Shown: positions 56,437 to 64,000 of the stretch, in pieces
Layout of the letters: every line of letters starts with the position of its first letter
How positions within the stretch are numbered: the first letter of the stretch is position 1
Source of the DNA: an uncultured Sphingomonas sp.
GTDB lineage: Bacteria; Pseudomonadota; Alphaproteobacteria; Sphingomonadales; Sphingomonadaceae
Direction: 5' to 3'
DNA: 64,000 nt
Assembly (NCBI RefSeq): GCF_937859915.1
Contig: NZ_CALMAW010000092.1
Location: 19,327 to 83,326, forward strand
Translations under genes and position numbers: made by a program
The notes under the pieces: model-generated
The model's input: the letters and a program-made list of their open reading frames with translations, nothing else
What the model was told of the DNA's origin: nothing
Database searches by the model: none

Positions 56437-56928
56437 ATGCCACAAATCGATCAGATCTCATCGATCTACGCCTCGCAGCTGGTCTGGCTGCTGCTGGTGT
56501 TCGCGATCATCTATGTGGTGATCGGGCGCGGCATGCTGCCCAAGATCGAAGGCACGATCCACGCGCGCGCCGACAAGGTCTCCGGCGATCTCGCCGCGGC
56601 CGAAGCGGCCCGCGACGCGGCGTCGCAGCTCGATCGCGACTATCATGCCGAGATGGACGCCGCGCACCACGGTGCGGCCGGCGCGATCCAGAAGGCCAAG
56701 GATGAGGCGGTGCGCGATACCGAGCTCAAGCTCCGGCTTGCGCACGACCAGATCGCCGAGCGGATGCACCATTCCGAGCTCGCGCTCGCCGATGCCCGCG
56801 CGCATGCGTTCGGCGAGATCGAAAATGTCGCGGCCGATGCGGTGCGCGACATCGTCGCCCGGCTGTCGGGCGCGGACGTGAACGAGGGCGATGCCCTGGT
56901 CGCGGTTCGCGCCAGCCTGGCCGCTTGA
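56437..56928 (+). CDS. ATP synthase F0 subunit b'
   Basis: MPQI..YASQLVWL, single TM, LPKI, long helical stalk. Confidence 0.92.
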   Translation: MPQIDQISSIYASQLVWLLLVFAIIYVVIGRGMLPKIEGTIHARADKVSGDLAAAEAARDAASQLDRDYHAEMDAAHHGAAGAIQKAKDEAVRDTELKLRLAHDQIAERMHHSELALADARAHAFGEIENVAADAVRDIVARLSGADVNEGDALVAVRASLAA

Positions 56929-56941
56929 GGATATCGAAGCG

Positions 56942-57496
56942 ATGACCGCTCATTCGGAGGCCGCGCAGACCGCCATGACCGCATCCATTGGCCAGGCCAC
57001 CGTCGAGCACGAAGACACCGCCTTCGGGCTCGGCCCTCCGGGCTGGGTCGCGCTGTCGATGATCGTGGTGATCCTCATCCTGGTCTGGAAGAAGGTGCCG
57101 CAACTGATCGGTCGCGGCCTCGACGCGCAGATCGCGACGATCCGCAAGCAGCTCGACGAGGCCGCATCGTTGCGCGCCGAGGCCGAGGCGATGCGCGCCG
57201 ACATCCAGAAGCGCGCGACCGAGGCGCATAAGGAGGCCGAGGCGATCCTCAAGGGCGCCCAGGCCGAGGCCAGCCATCTCGTCGCGCAAGCCAAGGTCGA
57301 CGCCGATCTGCTGATCGAGCGCCGCGCCAAGATGGCCGAAGACAAGATCGCGGCCGCCGAGCGCAGCGCAATCGCCGATGTTCGGGCGCGTGCCGCGTCC
57401 GCCGCGACCGCCGCCGCTGCCGCGATTATCGCGCAGCGTCACGATGCAAGTGCCGACCGGGCGCTGATCGACCGGACGATCGCCGGCCTGAACTAA
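56942..57496 (+). CDS. atpF: ATP synthase F0 subunit b
   Basis: WVALSM TM, LDAQIATIRKQLDEA, RRAKMAEDKIAAAE. Confidence 0.93.
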   Translation: MTAHSEAAQTAMTASIGQATVEHEDTAFGLGPPGWVALSMIVVILILVWKKVPQLIGRGLDAQIATIRKQLDEAASLRAEAEAMRADIQKRATEAHKEAEAILKGAQAEASHLVAQAKVDADLLIERRAKMAEDKIAAAERSAIADVRARAASAATAAAAAIIAQRHDASADRALIDRTIAGLN

Positions 57497-57502
57497 ACCC
57501 CA

Positions 57503-57592
57503 CCCCGGCCAACGCCGGGGTCCTGGTCTCAGCTGTCCGATCGATAGGCGCGACCGCGGGCTGTGACGTTGGGCCCGACTTCGCCGGGGAAC
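57503..57592. repeat. Family A palindromic element after atpF
   Basis: CCCCGGCCAACGCCGGGGTCCTGG...TGGGCCCGACTTCGCCGGGGAAC; loop resembles the 41468 copy. Confidence 0.8.
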
Positions 57593-57646
57593 GAAAGGGC
57601 TACGCGCGATCTTCCCCCGCGCGTTGCAAAACCCTACATCGCCCCC

Positions 57647-59575
57647 GTGACCGACGACCCGAACAGCCAAAATCGCTTTCACGAAGAGAAAGCCACGTAC
57701 ACCGTCCGTGGCGGATCGGAGCAGCCCGATCTGGAAGCCGGCGTGGCCGCGATCCGCAACGTGCTCGCCACGCTGCCGGTGCGTCCCGGCGTCTACCGGA
57801 TGCAGGATGCGCGCGGCGAGGTGCTGTACGTCGGCAAGGCGCGCGCGCTGCGCAATCGTGTCGCCAACTACACGCAGGTGCCGCGGCTGACGCGACGGCT
57901 GCAGCGCATGGTCGCGCAGACGCGATCGATGACGATCGTCACGACCAATACCGAGGCCGAGGCGCTGCTGCTCGAGGCGCAACTGATCAAGCGGTTCCGG
58001 CCGCCCTACAATGTGCTGCTGCGCGACGATAAGAGCTTTCCGTTCATCCTGCTGCGTGAGGATCATGCCTTCCCACGCGTCCAGAAGCATCGCGGGGCGC
58101 GCCGCGCCAAGGGCCAATATTATGGCCCCTTCGTCTCGGCGGGGTCAGTCACGCGGACGCTCAATGCGCTCCAGAAGCTGTTTCTGCTGCGGTCGTGCAC
58201 GGACAGCTTTTTCGCCAACCGCTCGCGGCCTTGCCTGCTGCATCAGATCAAGCGCTGTTCGGCGCCGTGCGTCGATCGCATCACCCCCGATGCCTATGCC
58301 GAACTGGTCGACGACGCGAAGGCCTTCCTGGCTGGCAAGTCGACCGGCGTGCAGAAGAAGATCGCCTACCAGATGAGCCTCGCCGCCGAGAATATGGATT
58401 TCGAGCAGGCGGCGGTGCTGCGCGACCGGCTGCGTGCGCTGACCTCGATCCAGGGCACGCAGGCGATCAATGCCGAGGGCGTCTCGGATGCCGATGTCTG
58501 GGCGCTTGCCGCCAAAAACGGCACGATGTGCCTGCAGGCCTTCTTCATCCGCGGCGGGCAGAATTGGGGGCATCGCAGCTTCTTCCCGCAGCACACCGCC
58601 GAGGTGCCCGAGGACGAGGTACTGACCAGCTTTCTCGCGCAATTTTACGAGGAGGTGCCTCCGGCACGGTTGGTGCTGGTCGATCGCGACCTCGAGGAGG
58701 CGGAGCTGCTCGCGCAGGCACTGACCGAACGCGCCGAGCGCAAGGTCGAGCTCAAGCGGCCGCAACGCGGCGAGCAGCGCCGGCTGCTCCAGCAGGCCAG
58801 CCGCAACGCCGAGGAAGCGCTTGAGCGTCATCAGGCCGAGTCGACGACGCAGGGCAAGATACTGCGCGAGCTCGCCGATCTGTTCGAGCTGGGCGAGCCG
58901 CCGCGCCGGATCGAGATTTACGACAATAGCCATATCATGGGCACCAACATGGTCGGTGCGATGGTCGTCGCCGGCCCCGAGGGGATGCGGCCGGGCGCGT
59001 ATCGCAAATTCAACATCAAGCGGCCCGAGACCGCGCCGGGCGATGATTTCGCGATGATGCGCGAGGTGCTCGAACGCCGCTTCGCGCGGCTCGAGCAGGA
59101 AGATCCCGATCGCAAGTCAGGCGAATGGCCCGACCTTCTGCTGATCGACGGCGGCAAGGGACAGGTCTCGGCGGTGTGTGCGGTCTTGCAGGAGGCGGGG
59201 GTCGAGGACGTGCCGATCGTCGGCATCTCCAAGGGCCCCGACCGCAACGCCGGCCGGGAGCATTTCCATCTGCCCGACGGCCGCGAATCGATGCTGCCGC
59301 TCAATTCGCCGCTGCTCTTCTACCTCCAGCGGCTTCGCGACGAGGCGCACCGCTTCGCAATCGGGACGCACCGCGCCAAGCGCGCCAAGAGCTTCGTCGC
59401 CAACCCGCTCGACGATGTCGCCGGCATCGGGCCCGCGCGGAAAAAGGCGCTGCTGATGCACTTCGGCTCGGCCAAGGCGGTGCGCGGCGCGGCGCTGCAG
59501 GACCTCGAACGCGCGCCGGGCATCTCGAAGGCGATGGCGCAGGCGATCCACGACCATTTCCATCCGCGCGGCTGA
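57647..59575 (+). CDS. uvrC: Excinuclease ABC subunit C
   Basis: PGVYRM, YVGKA, YNVLLRDDK, IEIYDNSH, IDGGKGQ, RDEAHRFA. Confidence 0.98.
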   Translation: MTDDPNSQNRFHEEKATYTVRGGSEQPDLEAGVAAIRNVLATLPVRPGVYRMQDARGEVLYVGKARALRNRVANYTQVPRLTRRLQRMVAQTRSMTIVTTNTEAEALLLEAQLIKRFRPPYNVLLRDDKSFPFILLREDHAFPRVQKHRGARRAKGQYYGPFVSAGSVTRTLNALQKLFLLRSCTDSFFANRSRPCLLHQIKRCSAPCVDRITPDAYAELVDDAKAFLAGKSTGVQKKIAYQMSLAAENMDFEQAAVLRDRLRALTSIQGTQAINAEGVSDADVWALAAKNGTMCLQAFFIRGGQNWGHRSFFPQHTAEVPEDEVLTSFLAQFYEEVPPARLVLVDRDLEEAELLAQALTERAERKVELKRPQRGEQRRLLQQASRNAEEALERHQAESTTQGKILRELADLFELGEPPRRIEIYDNSHIMGTNMVGAMVVAGPEGMRPGAYRKFNIKRPETAPGDDFAMMREVLERRFARLEQEDPDRKSGEWPDLLLIDGGKGQVSAVCAVLQEAGVEDVPIVGISKGPDRNAGREHFHLPDGRESMLPLNSPLLFYLQRLRDEAHRFAIGTHRAKRAKSFVANPLDDVAGIGPARKKALLMHFGSAKAVRGAALQDLERAPGISKAMAQAIHDHFHPRG

Positions 59576-59623
59576 GCGCGGCCCGTTTACCCAAATGTCG
59601 TTCGTCGCTGCTAGGCCAGCAGC

Positions 59624-60577
59624 ATGACGACCGCCGTGCTCCTGAGCATCGACACCGAATTGACGTGGCGCGCGCATCTGTCGGGCGCCAGTTGGCTCGA
59701 CAATTATGCGCGGTCGATCGAACCGGGAGGGGTCGGGATCGGCTATCAGCTGGCGACGCTGAACGCGCATCGGCTCAAGGCCTGTTTCTTCGTCGATCCG
59801 CTTCCGGCGCGGCTATTCGGGCTCGAGCCGATCCGGCGCATGGTCGGCACGATTCTCGCAGCGGGGCAGGAGGTGCAGCTCCATGTCCATCCGATGTGGA
59901 CGCAGGCTGATCGCCGGGCTCCCGCCGATGAAATCCGCTTCGAACTCACCGGTTTTTCGGAGGATGAGCAACTCGCGCTGATCCTCGAAGGGCGCGAACT
60001 CTTGCGCGAAGCCGGCGCGCCCGATCCTATCGCGTTTCGCGCGGGGAGCTTCGCCGCCAATGCGGACACCCTCCGCGCCGTCGCGCGTGCAGGCCTCAGG
60101 ATCGACAGCAGCCACAATGGCAGCCTGATGCCTTGGCCGTGCGAGACCGGACTGCCGGCGACGACGGTCGCGCCGGTTCGGATCGGCGCGCTGACCGAAT
60201 TGCCCGTCGCGCTGCTCGACGAGGGTGGCGGGAAGCTGCGTCACCTCCAGATCGGTGCGGTGTCGCTCGCCGAGATGCGCGAAGCGCTGCGCCATGCCGA
60301 AAGCGAGGCGTCGCCGTTGGTTACCGTGGTGGGGCACAGCTTCGAGCTGGCGACCCGCGACGGCGCGCGCGCCAATGACATCCTGCGTCATCGCTTCGAT
60401 GGGCTGTGCCGCTGGCTGGCAGACGAAGCCCTGCGGTTCCCGACCCGCTTCGTCGCCGAGCTGGCCGACGTGCCGGTCGGTCGCGTCGCGACGCCGTGCC
60501 CGATCTCCAAGGCGAAGCGCCTCGGGCGGATCGCGCTGCAGGGCCTGGCCAACCTCCGATACGAGCGCCGCCTCTAA
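59624..60577 (+). CDS. Polysaccharide deacetylase-like protein
   Basis: SIDTE, FFVDP, QLHVHP, FRAG, IDSS. Confidence 0.78.
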   Translation: MTTAVLLSIDTELTWRAHLSGASWLDNYARSIEPGGVGIGYQLATLNAHRLKACFFVDPLPARLFGLEPIRRMVGTILAAGQEVQLHVHPMWTQADRRAPADEIRFELTGFSEDEQLALILEGRELLREAGAPDPIAFRAGSFAANADTLRAVARAGLRIDSSHNGSLMPWPCETGLPATTVAPVRIGALTELPVALLDEGGGKLRHLQIGAVSLAEMREALRHAESEASPLVTVVGHSFELATRDGARANDILRHRFDGLCRWLADEALRFPTRFVAELADVPVGRVATPCPISKAKRLGRIALQGLANLRYERRL

Positions 60578-60614
60578 GCTCGACAGGCGCGCCCGCACGC
60601 CCCACATCTCGCCG

Positions 60615-61349
60615 ATGCTGATCCGCGCCACCGCCATCGTCTGTGCTGTTCGCGCCCACGGCGAACATGGCGCCGTCGCACGGCTGCTGACCCCCATCGA
60701 CGGCCTTCAGCCGGGCTATGTCCGCGGCGGTCACGCGCGTCGGATGCGGCCCGTCCTGATGCCCGGCAACCTCGTCGCCGCCGAGTATCGCGCGCGCAGC
60801 GAGGCCCAATTGGCCGCGCTGACCGTCGAGCTCGTCCATAGTCGCGCGGGCCTCTTCGCCGAACCCCTGCCGGCCGCCGCGATCGAGTGGGTGACCGCGC
60901 TGACCGCGACGACCTTGCCCGAGGGACTGTCCTACCCGCGTTTGCATGCGGCGCTCGACGGCGTGCTAGGTGCGATCGAGGCTGCGCCCTCGGCACGCGG
61001 CTGGGCGGGCGCGCTGGTCCGTTACGAGCTCCTGCTGCTCTCCGAGCTGGGCTTCGGGCTCGATCTCGCATCCTGCGCCGCATCGGGCGACACCGCCGAT
61101 CTCGCCTGGGTCAGTCCCAAGAGCGGGCAGGCGGTGTCGCGGATCGCGGGCGCACCCTATGCGGACCGATTGCTTCCGCTGCCGCCGTTCCTGCTGGCTG
61201 GCGGCGAGGCGGGGTGGGACGAAGTGCGCGACGCGCTGCGGCTGACCGGCTTCTTCCTCGAGCGCGACCTGCTGTCCGGCTATCGTGCCGGTGTGCTCGA
61301 TGCGCGCGAGCGGCTGGTGACGCGCGTCGGACGGCTTGCCGGAGGGTGA
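60615..61349 (+). CDS. recO: DNA repair protein RecO
   Basis: [35 protein letters not shown]. Confidence 0.95.
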   Translation: MLIRATAIVCAVRAHGEHGAVARLLTPIDGLQPGYVRGGHARRMRPVLMPGNLVAAEYRARSEAQLAALTVELVHSRAGLFAEPLPAAAIEWVTALTATTLPEGLSYPRLHAALDGVLGAIEAAPSARGWAGALVRYELLLLSELGFGLDLASCAASGDTADLAWVSPKSGQAVSRIAGAPYADRLLPLPPFLLAGGEAGWDEVRDALRLTGFFLERDLLSGYRAGVLDARERLVTRVGRLAGG

Positions 61350-61391
61350 CGCCGATGGCATGGCCGCCCGCGTAAAGAGACGGAGACGACC

Positions 61392-62435
61392 ATGCTGATC
61401 GCGCTGCTGCCCGGAGACGGGATCGGACCCGAAGTGATCCGCGAAGCGCGGCGCGTTCTCGACGCCGTGTGCGGCGATGCGCTGTCCTATGAGGAGGCGC
61501 TGGTCGGCGCGGCCGCCTATCGCGCGGAAGGGCATCCGCTGCCGTCCGCGACGCTCGATCTTGCCAAGCGGGCCGATGCGATCCTGTTCGGCGCGGTCGG
61601 CGATCCGGGGTGCGACGGTCTCGCGCGTCATCTTCGTCCCGAGCAGGCGATCCTCGGCCTGCGCAAGGAGTTGTCGCTCTTCGCTAATCTGCGACCTGCC
61701 AAGCTGTTTCCCGAGCTGGCGGACGCCTCCGCGCTACGTCCCGAAGTGGCGCGCGCGATCGATCTGGTCATCGTTCGCGAGACCAATGGCGACGTCTATT
61801 TCGGCGAGAAGGGCATGCGCACCACGCCGAACGGCCGCCGCCAGGGATATGACGTGATGAGCTACGACGAGGACGAGGTCGTGCGGATCGCACGCGTCGG
61901 CTTCGAAACCGCGCGCGCGCGCGGCGGAAAGCTGTGTTCGGTCGACAAGGCAAATGTGCTCGAAACCTCGCAGCTGTGGCGCGACGTCGTGATCGAAGTG
62001 TCCGCGGACTATTCCGACATCGCGCTCAGCCACATGTATGTCGACAACGCCGCGATGCAGCTGGTCCGCAATCCGGGCCAGTTCGACGTGATCGTGACCG
62101 GCAACCTGTTCGGCGACATCCTCTCCGACCAGGCGAGCATGTGCGCGGGATCGATCGGCATGCTGCCCTCGGCGACGCTCGATGCGGCCAACAAGGGCCT
62201 GTACGAGCCGATCCACGGTTCGGCCCCCGATATCGCGGGGCAGGGCAAGGCCAACCCGCTTGCGACGATCCTCTCCTCGGCGATGATGCTGCGCTATTCG
62301 CTCGGCATGGCCGCCGAGGCGGACCGGATCGAGGCGGCGGTGGCCGCCGCGCTGGCGGCGGGGCATCGCACCGCCGATCTCGGTGGCGGGACCTCGACCG
62401 GCGCGATGGGCGACGCGGTACTCGCAGCGCTGTAG
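61392..62435 (+). CDS. leuB: 3-isopropylmalate dehydrogenase
   Basis: [38 protein letters not shown]. Confidence 0.98.
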   Translation: MLIALLPGDGIGPEVIREARRVLDAVCGDALSYEEALVGAAAYRAEGHPLPSATLDLAKRADAILFGAVGDPGCDGLARHLRPEQAILGLRKELSLFANLRPAKLFPELADASALRPEVARAIDLVIVRETNGDVYFGEKGMRTTPNGRRQGYDVMSYDEDEVVRIARVGFETARARGGKLCSVDKANVLETSQLWRDVVIEVSADYSDIALSHMYVDNAAMQLVRNPGQFDVIVTGNLFGDILSDQASMCAGSIGMLPSATLDAANKGLYEPIHGSAPDIAGQGKANPLATILSSAMMLRYSLGMAAEADRIEAAVAAALAAGHRTADLGGGTSTGAMGDAVLAAL

Positions 62436-62441
62436 CCTGAC

Positions 62442-62469
62442 ATCCTCCCCGACGGTTGCCGGGGAGGAT
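62442..62469. terminator. Hairpin between convergent leuB and glutathione peroxidase genes
   Basis: ATCCTCCCCG-N8-CGGGGAGGAT. Confidence 0.55.
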
Positions 62470-62478
62470 CCAAGAGCG

Positions 62479-63027
62479 TCATTCGCTGGCGAACAGCTCG
62501 CGTTCGATCGCGCTGACCAGCACATCGTCCTGGGGCGCCATGTCTGGCGAGAAGCGACCGACCACCGCGCCGTCGCGCCCGATCAGAAATTTCTCGAAGT
62601 TCCAGAGCACTTCCGGCTCCGGATTGGGCGTCTTGCCGTAGCCTGCCAGCTTCGTGCGGAAACCGTCGCTGTTCGCCGCCTTCGGCTCTGCCGCGGTCAG
62701 CGCGGCATAGAGCGGATGCTTGGCTTCGCCGACCACGCTGACCTTCGAGAACATCGGGAAATCGACCGCAAACTTGGTTTCGCAGAAGGTCGCGATCTCG
62801 TCGTCGCTGCCCGGCTCCTGCCCGGCGAAATCATTGGCGGGGAAGCCGAGCACCGCGAAGCCCTCTTCCTTATATTTTGTGTAGAGCGCCTCGAGCCCCT
62901 CATATTGCGGCGTCAGCCCGCATTTGGAGGCGGTGTTGACGACCAGCAGCACCTGGCCGGCATAATCGCCGAGCGTGGCGGGGGCGCCGTCGATCTTCTG
63001 GAGCGGAATCTGCTGGAGCTCGGTCAT
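62479..63027 (-). CDS. Glutathione peroxidase (BtuE-like)
   Basis: VNTASKCGLTPQY, GFPANDFAGQEPG, WNFEKFLI. Confidence 0.95.
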   Translation of the reverse strand: MTELQQIPLQKIDGAPATLGDYAGQVLLVVNTASKCGLTPQYEGLEALYTKYKEEGFAVLGFPANDFAGQEPGSDDEIATFCETKFAVDFPMFSKVSVVGEAKHPLYAALTAAEPKAANSDGFRTKLAGYGKTPNPEPEVLWNFEKFLIGRDGAVVGRFSPDMAPQDDVLVSAIERELFASE

Positions 63028-63129
63028 CGTCATCCTCTCGGTTTCGCGTGCCGACGATATCGGAGATAGCGGACGGGGTTCAACCCGTGCATTGACGGGA
63101 GCCCGCGCCCCGCGGCAAAGCGAGCGGCG

Positions 63130-64000
63130 ATGAAAAGACACACCGGACAGGACCGCAGCGTCACCACGAAATGGCGCCCCGCGACACAGGCCGTGCGCGG
63201 CGGCACCGCGCGCTCGGAATATGGCGAGACGTCCGAGGCGATCTTCCTGACCTCGGGCTATGCCTATGACTGTGCCGCCGATGCCGCCGCGCGCTTCGCC
63301 GGCGAGCAGCAGGGCATGACCTATTCGCGGCTCCAGAACCCGACGGTCGAGATGCTCGAGCAGCGGATCGCGCTGCTCGAGGGCGCCGAGTCGGCGCGCT
63401 GCATGGCCTCGGGCATGGCGGCGATGACCGCGGCGCTGCTGTGCCAGCTGCAGGCGGGCGACCATCTCGTCGGCGGCAAGGCGGCGTTCGGCTCGTGTCG
63501 CTGGCTGACCGACACGCTGCTGCCGAAATTCGGCATCGCCACGACGATCGTCGACGGCAGCGACACCGCCGCCTGGGAAGCGGCGATCCGGCCCGAGACC
63601 AAGGTTTTCTTCTTTGAGACCCCGGCCAATCCGACTCTCGACGTCGTCGACATCCGCGGCGTGTGCGATATCGCCCGGGCGCATGGCATCACCAGCGTCG
63701 TCGACAACGCCTTCGCCTCGCCCGCGCTGCAGCGGCCGATCGAATTCGGCGCCGACGTCGTCGCGCATTCGGCGACCAAGATGATGGACGGGCAGGGGCG
63801 CGTGCTCGCCGGCGCGGTTGCGGGCAGCGAAGAGTTCATCACCAACACGCTGCTGCCGTTCACCCGCAACACCGGGCCGGTGCTCAGCGCGTTCAACGCC
63901 TGGGTGGTGCTCAAGGGGATTGAGACGCTAGACCTGCGCATCCGCCGCCAGAGCGAGAACGCCTTGAAGGTCGCAAGCTTCCTCGCGGCGCGAGTCCCGA
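63130..64000 (+). CDS. metZ: O-succinylhomoserine sulfhydrylase, partial (runs off window)
   Basis: Manual translation: GETSEAIFLTSGY, YSRLQNPTV, ASGMAA, ETPANP, HSATKMMDGQGR. Confidence 0.92.
   Translation, partial: MKRHTGQDRSVTTKWRPATQAVRGGTARSEYGETSEAIFLTSGYAYDCAADAAARFAGEQQGMTYSRLQNPTVEMLEQRIALLEGAESARCMASGMAAMTAALLCQLQAGDHLVGGKAAFGSCRWLTDTLLPKFGIATTIVDGSDTAAWEAAIRPETKVFFFETPANPTLDVVDIRGVCDIARAHGITSVVDNAFASPALQRPIEFGADVVAHSATKMMDGQGRVLAGAVAGSEEFITNTLLPFTRNTGPVLSAFNAWVVLKGIETLDLRIRRQSENALKVASFLAARVP

Noticed and set aside
54975-57496. F0 operon separated from the F1 operon by about 35 kb
   Set aside because: Normal organisation in alphaproteobacteria
63034-63129. SAM-II/SAM-alpha riboswitch upstream of metZ
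   Set aside because: Consensus elements are not present; only a short GGGTT-C-AACCC palindrome of unclear significance

Overview
High-GC alphaproteobacterial chromosome segment, most consistent with Sphingomonadaceae (split F1/F0 atp operons, SspB-alpha, PhaR, DUF484-xerC, FlgM). It is almost all core housekeeping: glmS end, otsB-GH15-otsA trehalose operon, mlaEF, phaR, cpaF, atpHAGDC, priA, xerC, gshB, rsmI, hemW-rdgB-rph, hrcA-grpE, dnaKJ, purB, hisBHAFE, queG, radC, ydbH-ynbE-ydbL, atpIBE-b'-b, uvrC, recO, leuB and the start of metZ. I see no rRNA, tRNA, CRISPR, IS or prophage. The most interesting signal is an atypical ATP synthase: a DUF1640/CCDC90-MCUR1-like gene sits between atpD and atpC, gamma has a His/Thr-rich putative beta-hairpin insert where cyanobacterial/chloroplast gamma carries its regulatory insert, epsilon lacks its C-terminal inhibitory domain, and b' is His-rich. 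Other points: a putative sigma-EcfG stress regulon containing a ClpP-like protein with Asp-to-Asn at the triad position and an orphan heme-oxygenase-like diiron enzyme, plus three families of palindromic repeats, one of which supplies the N-terminus of HemW. Family calls come from motif recognition only (no database searches were run), and several start codons are best estimates.
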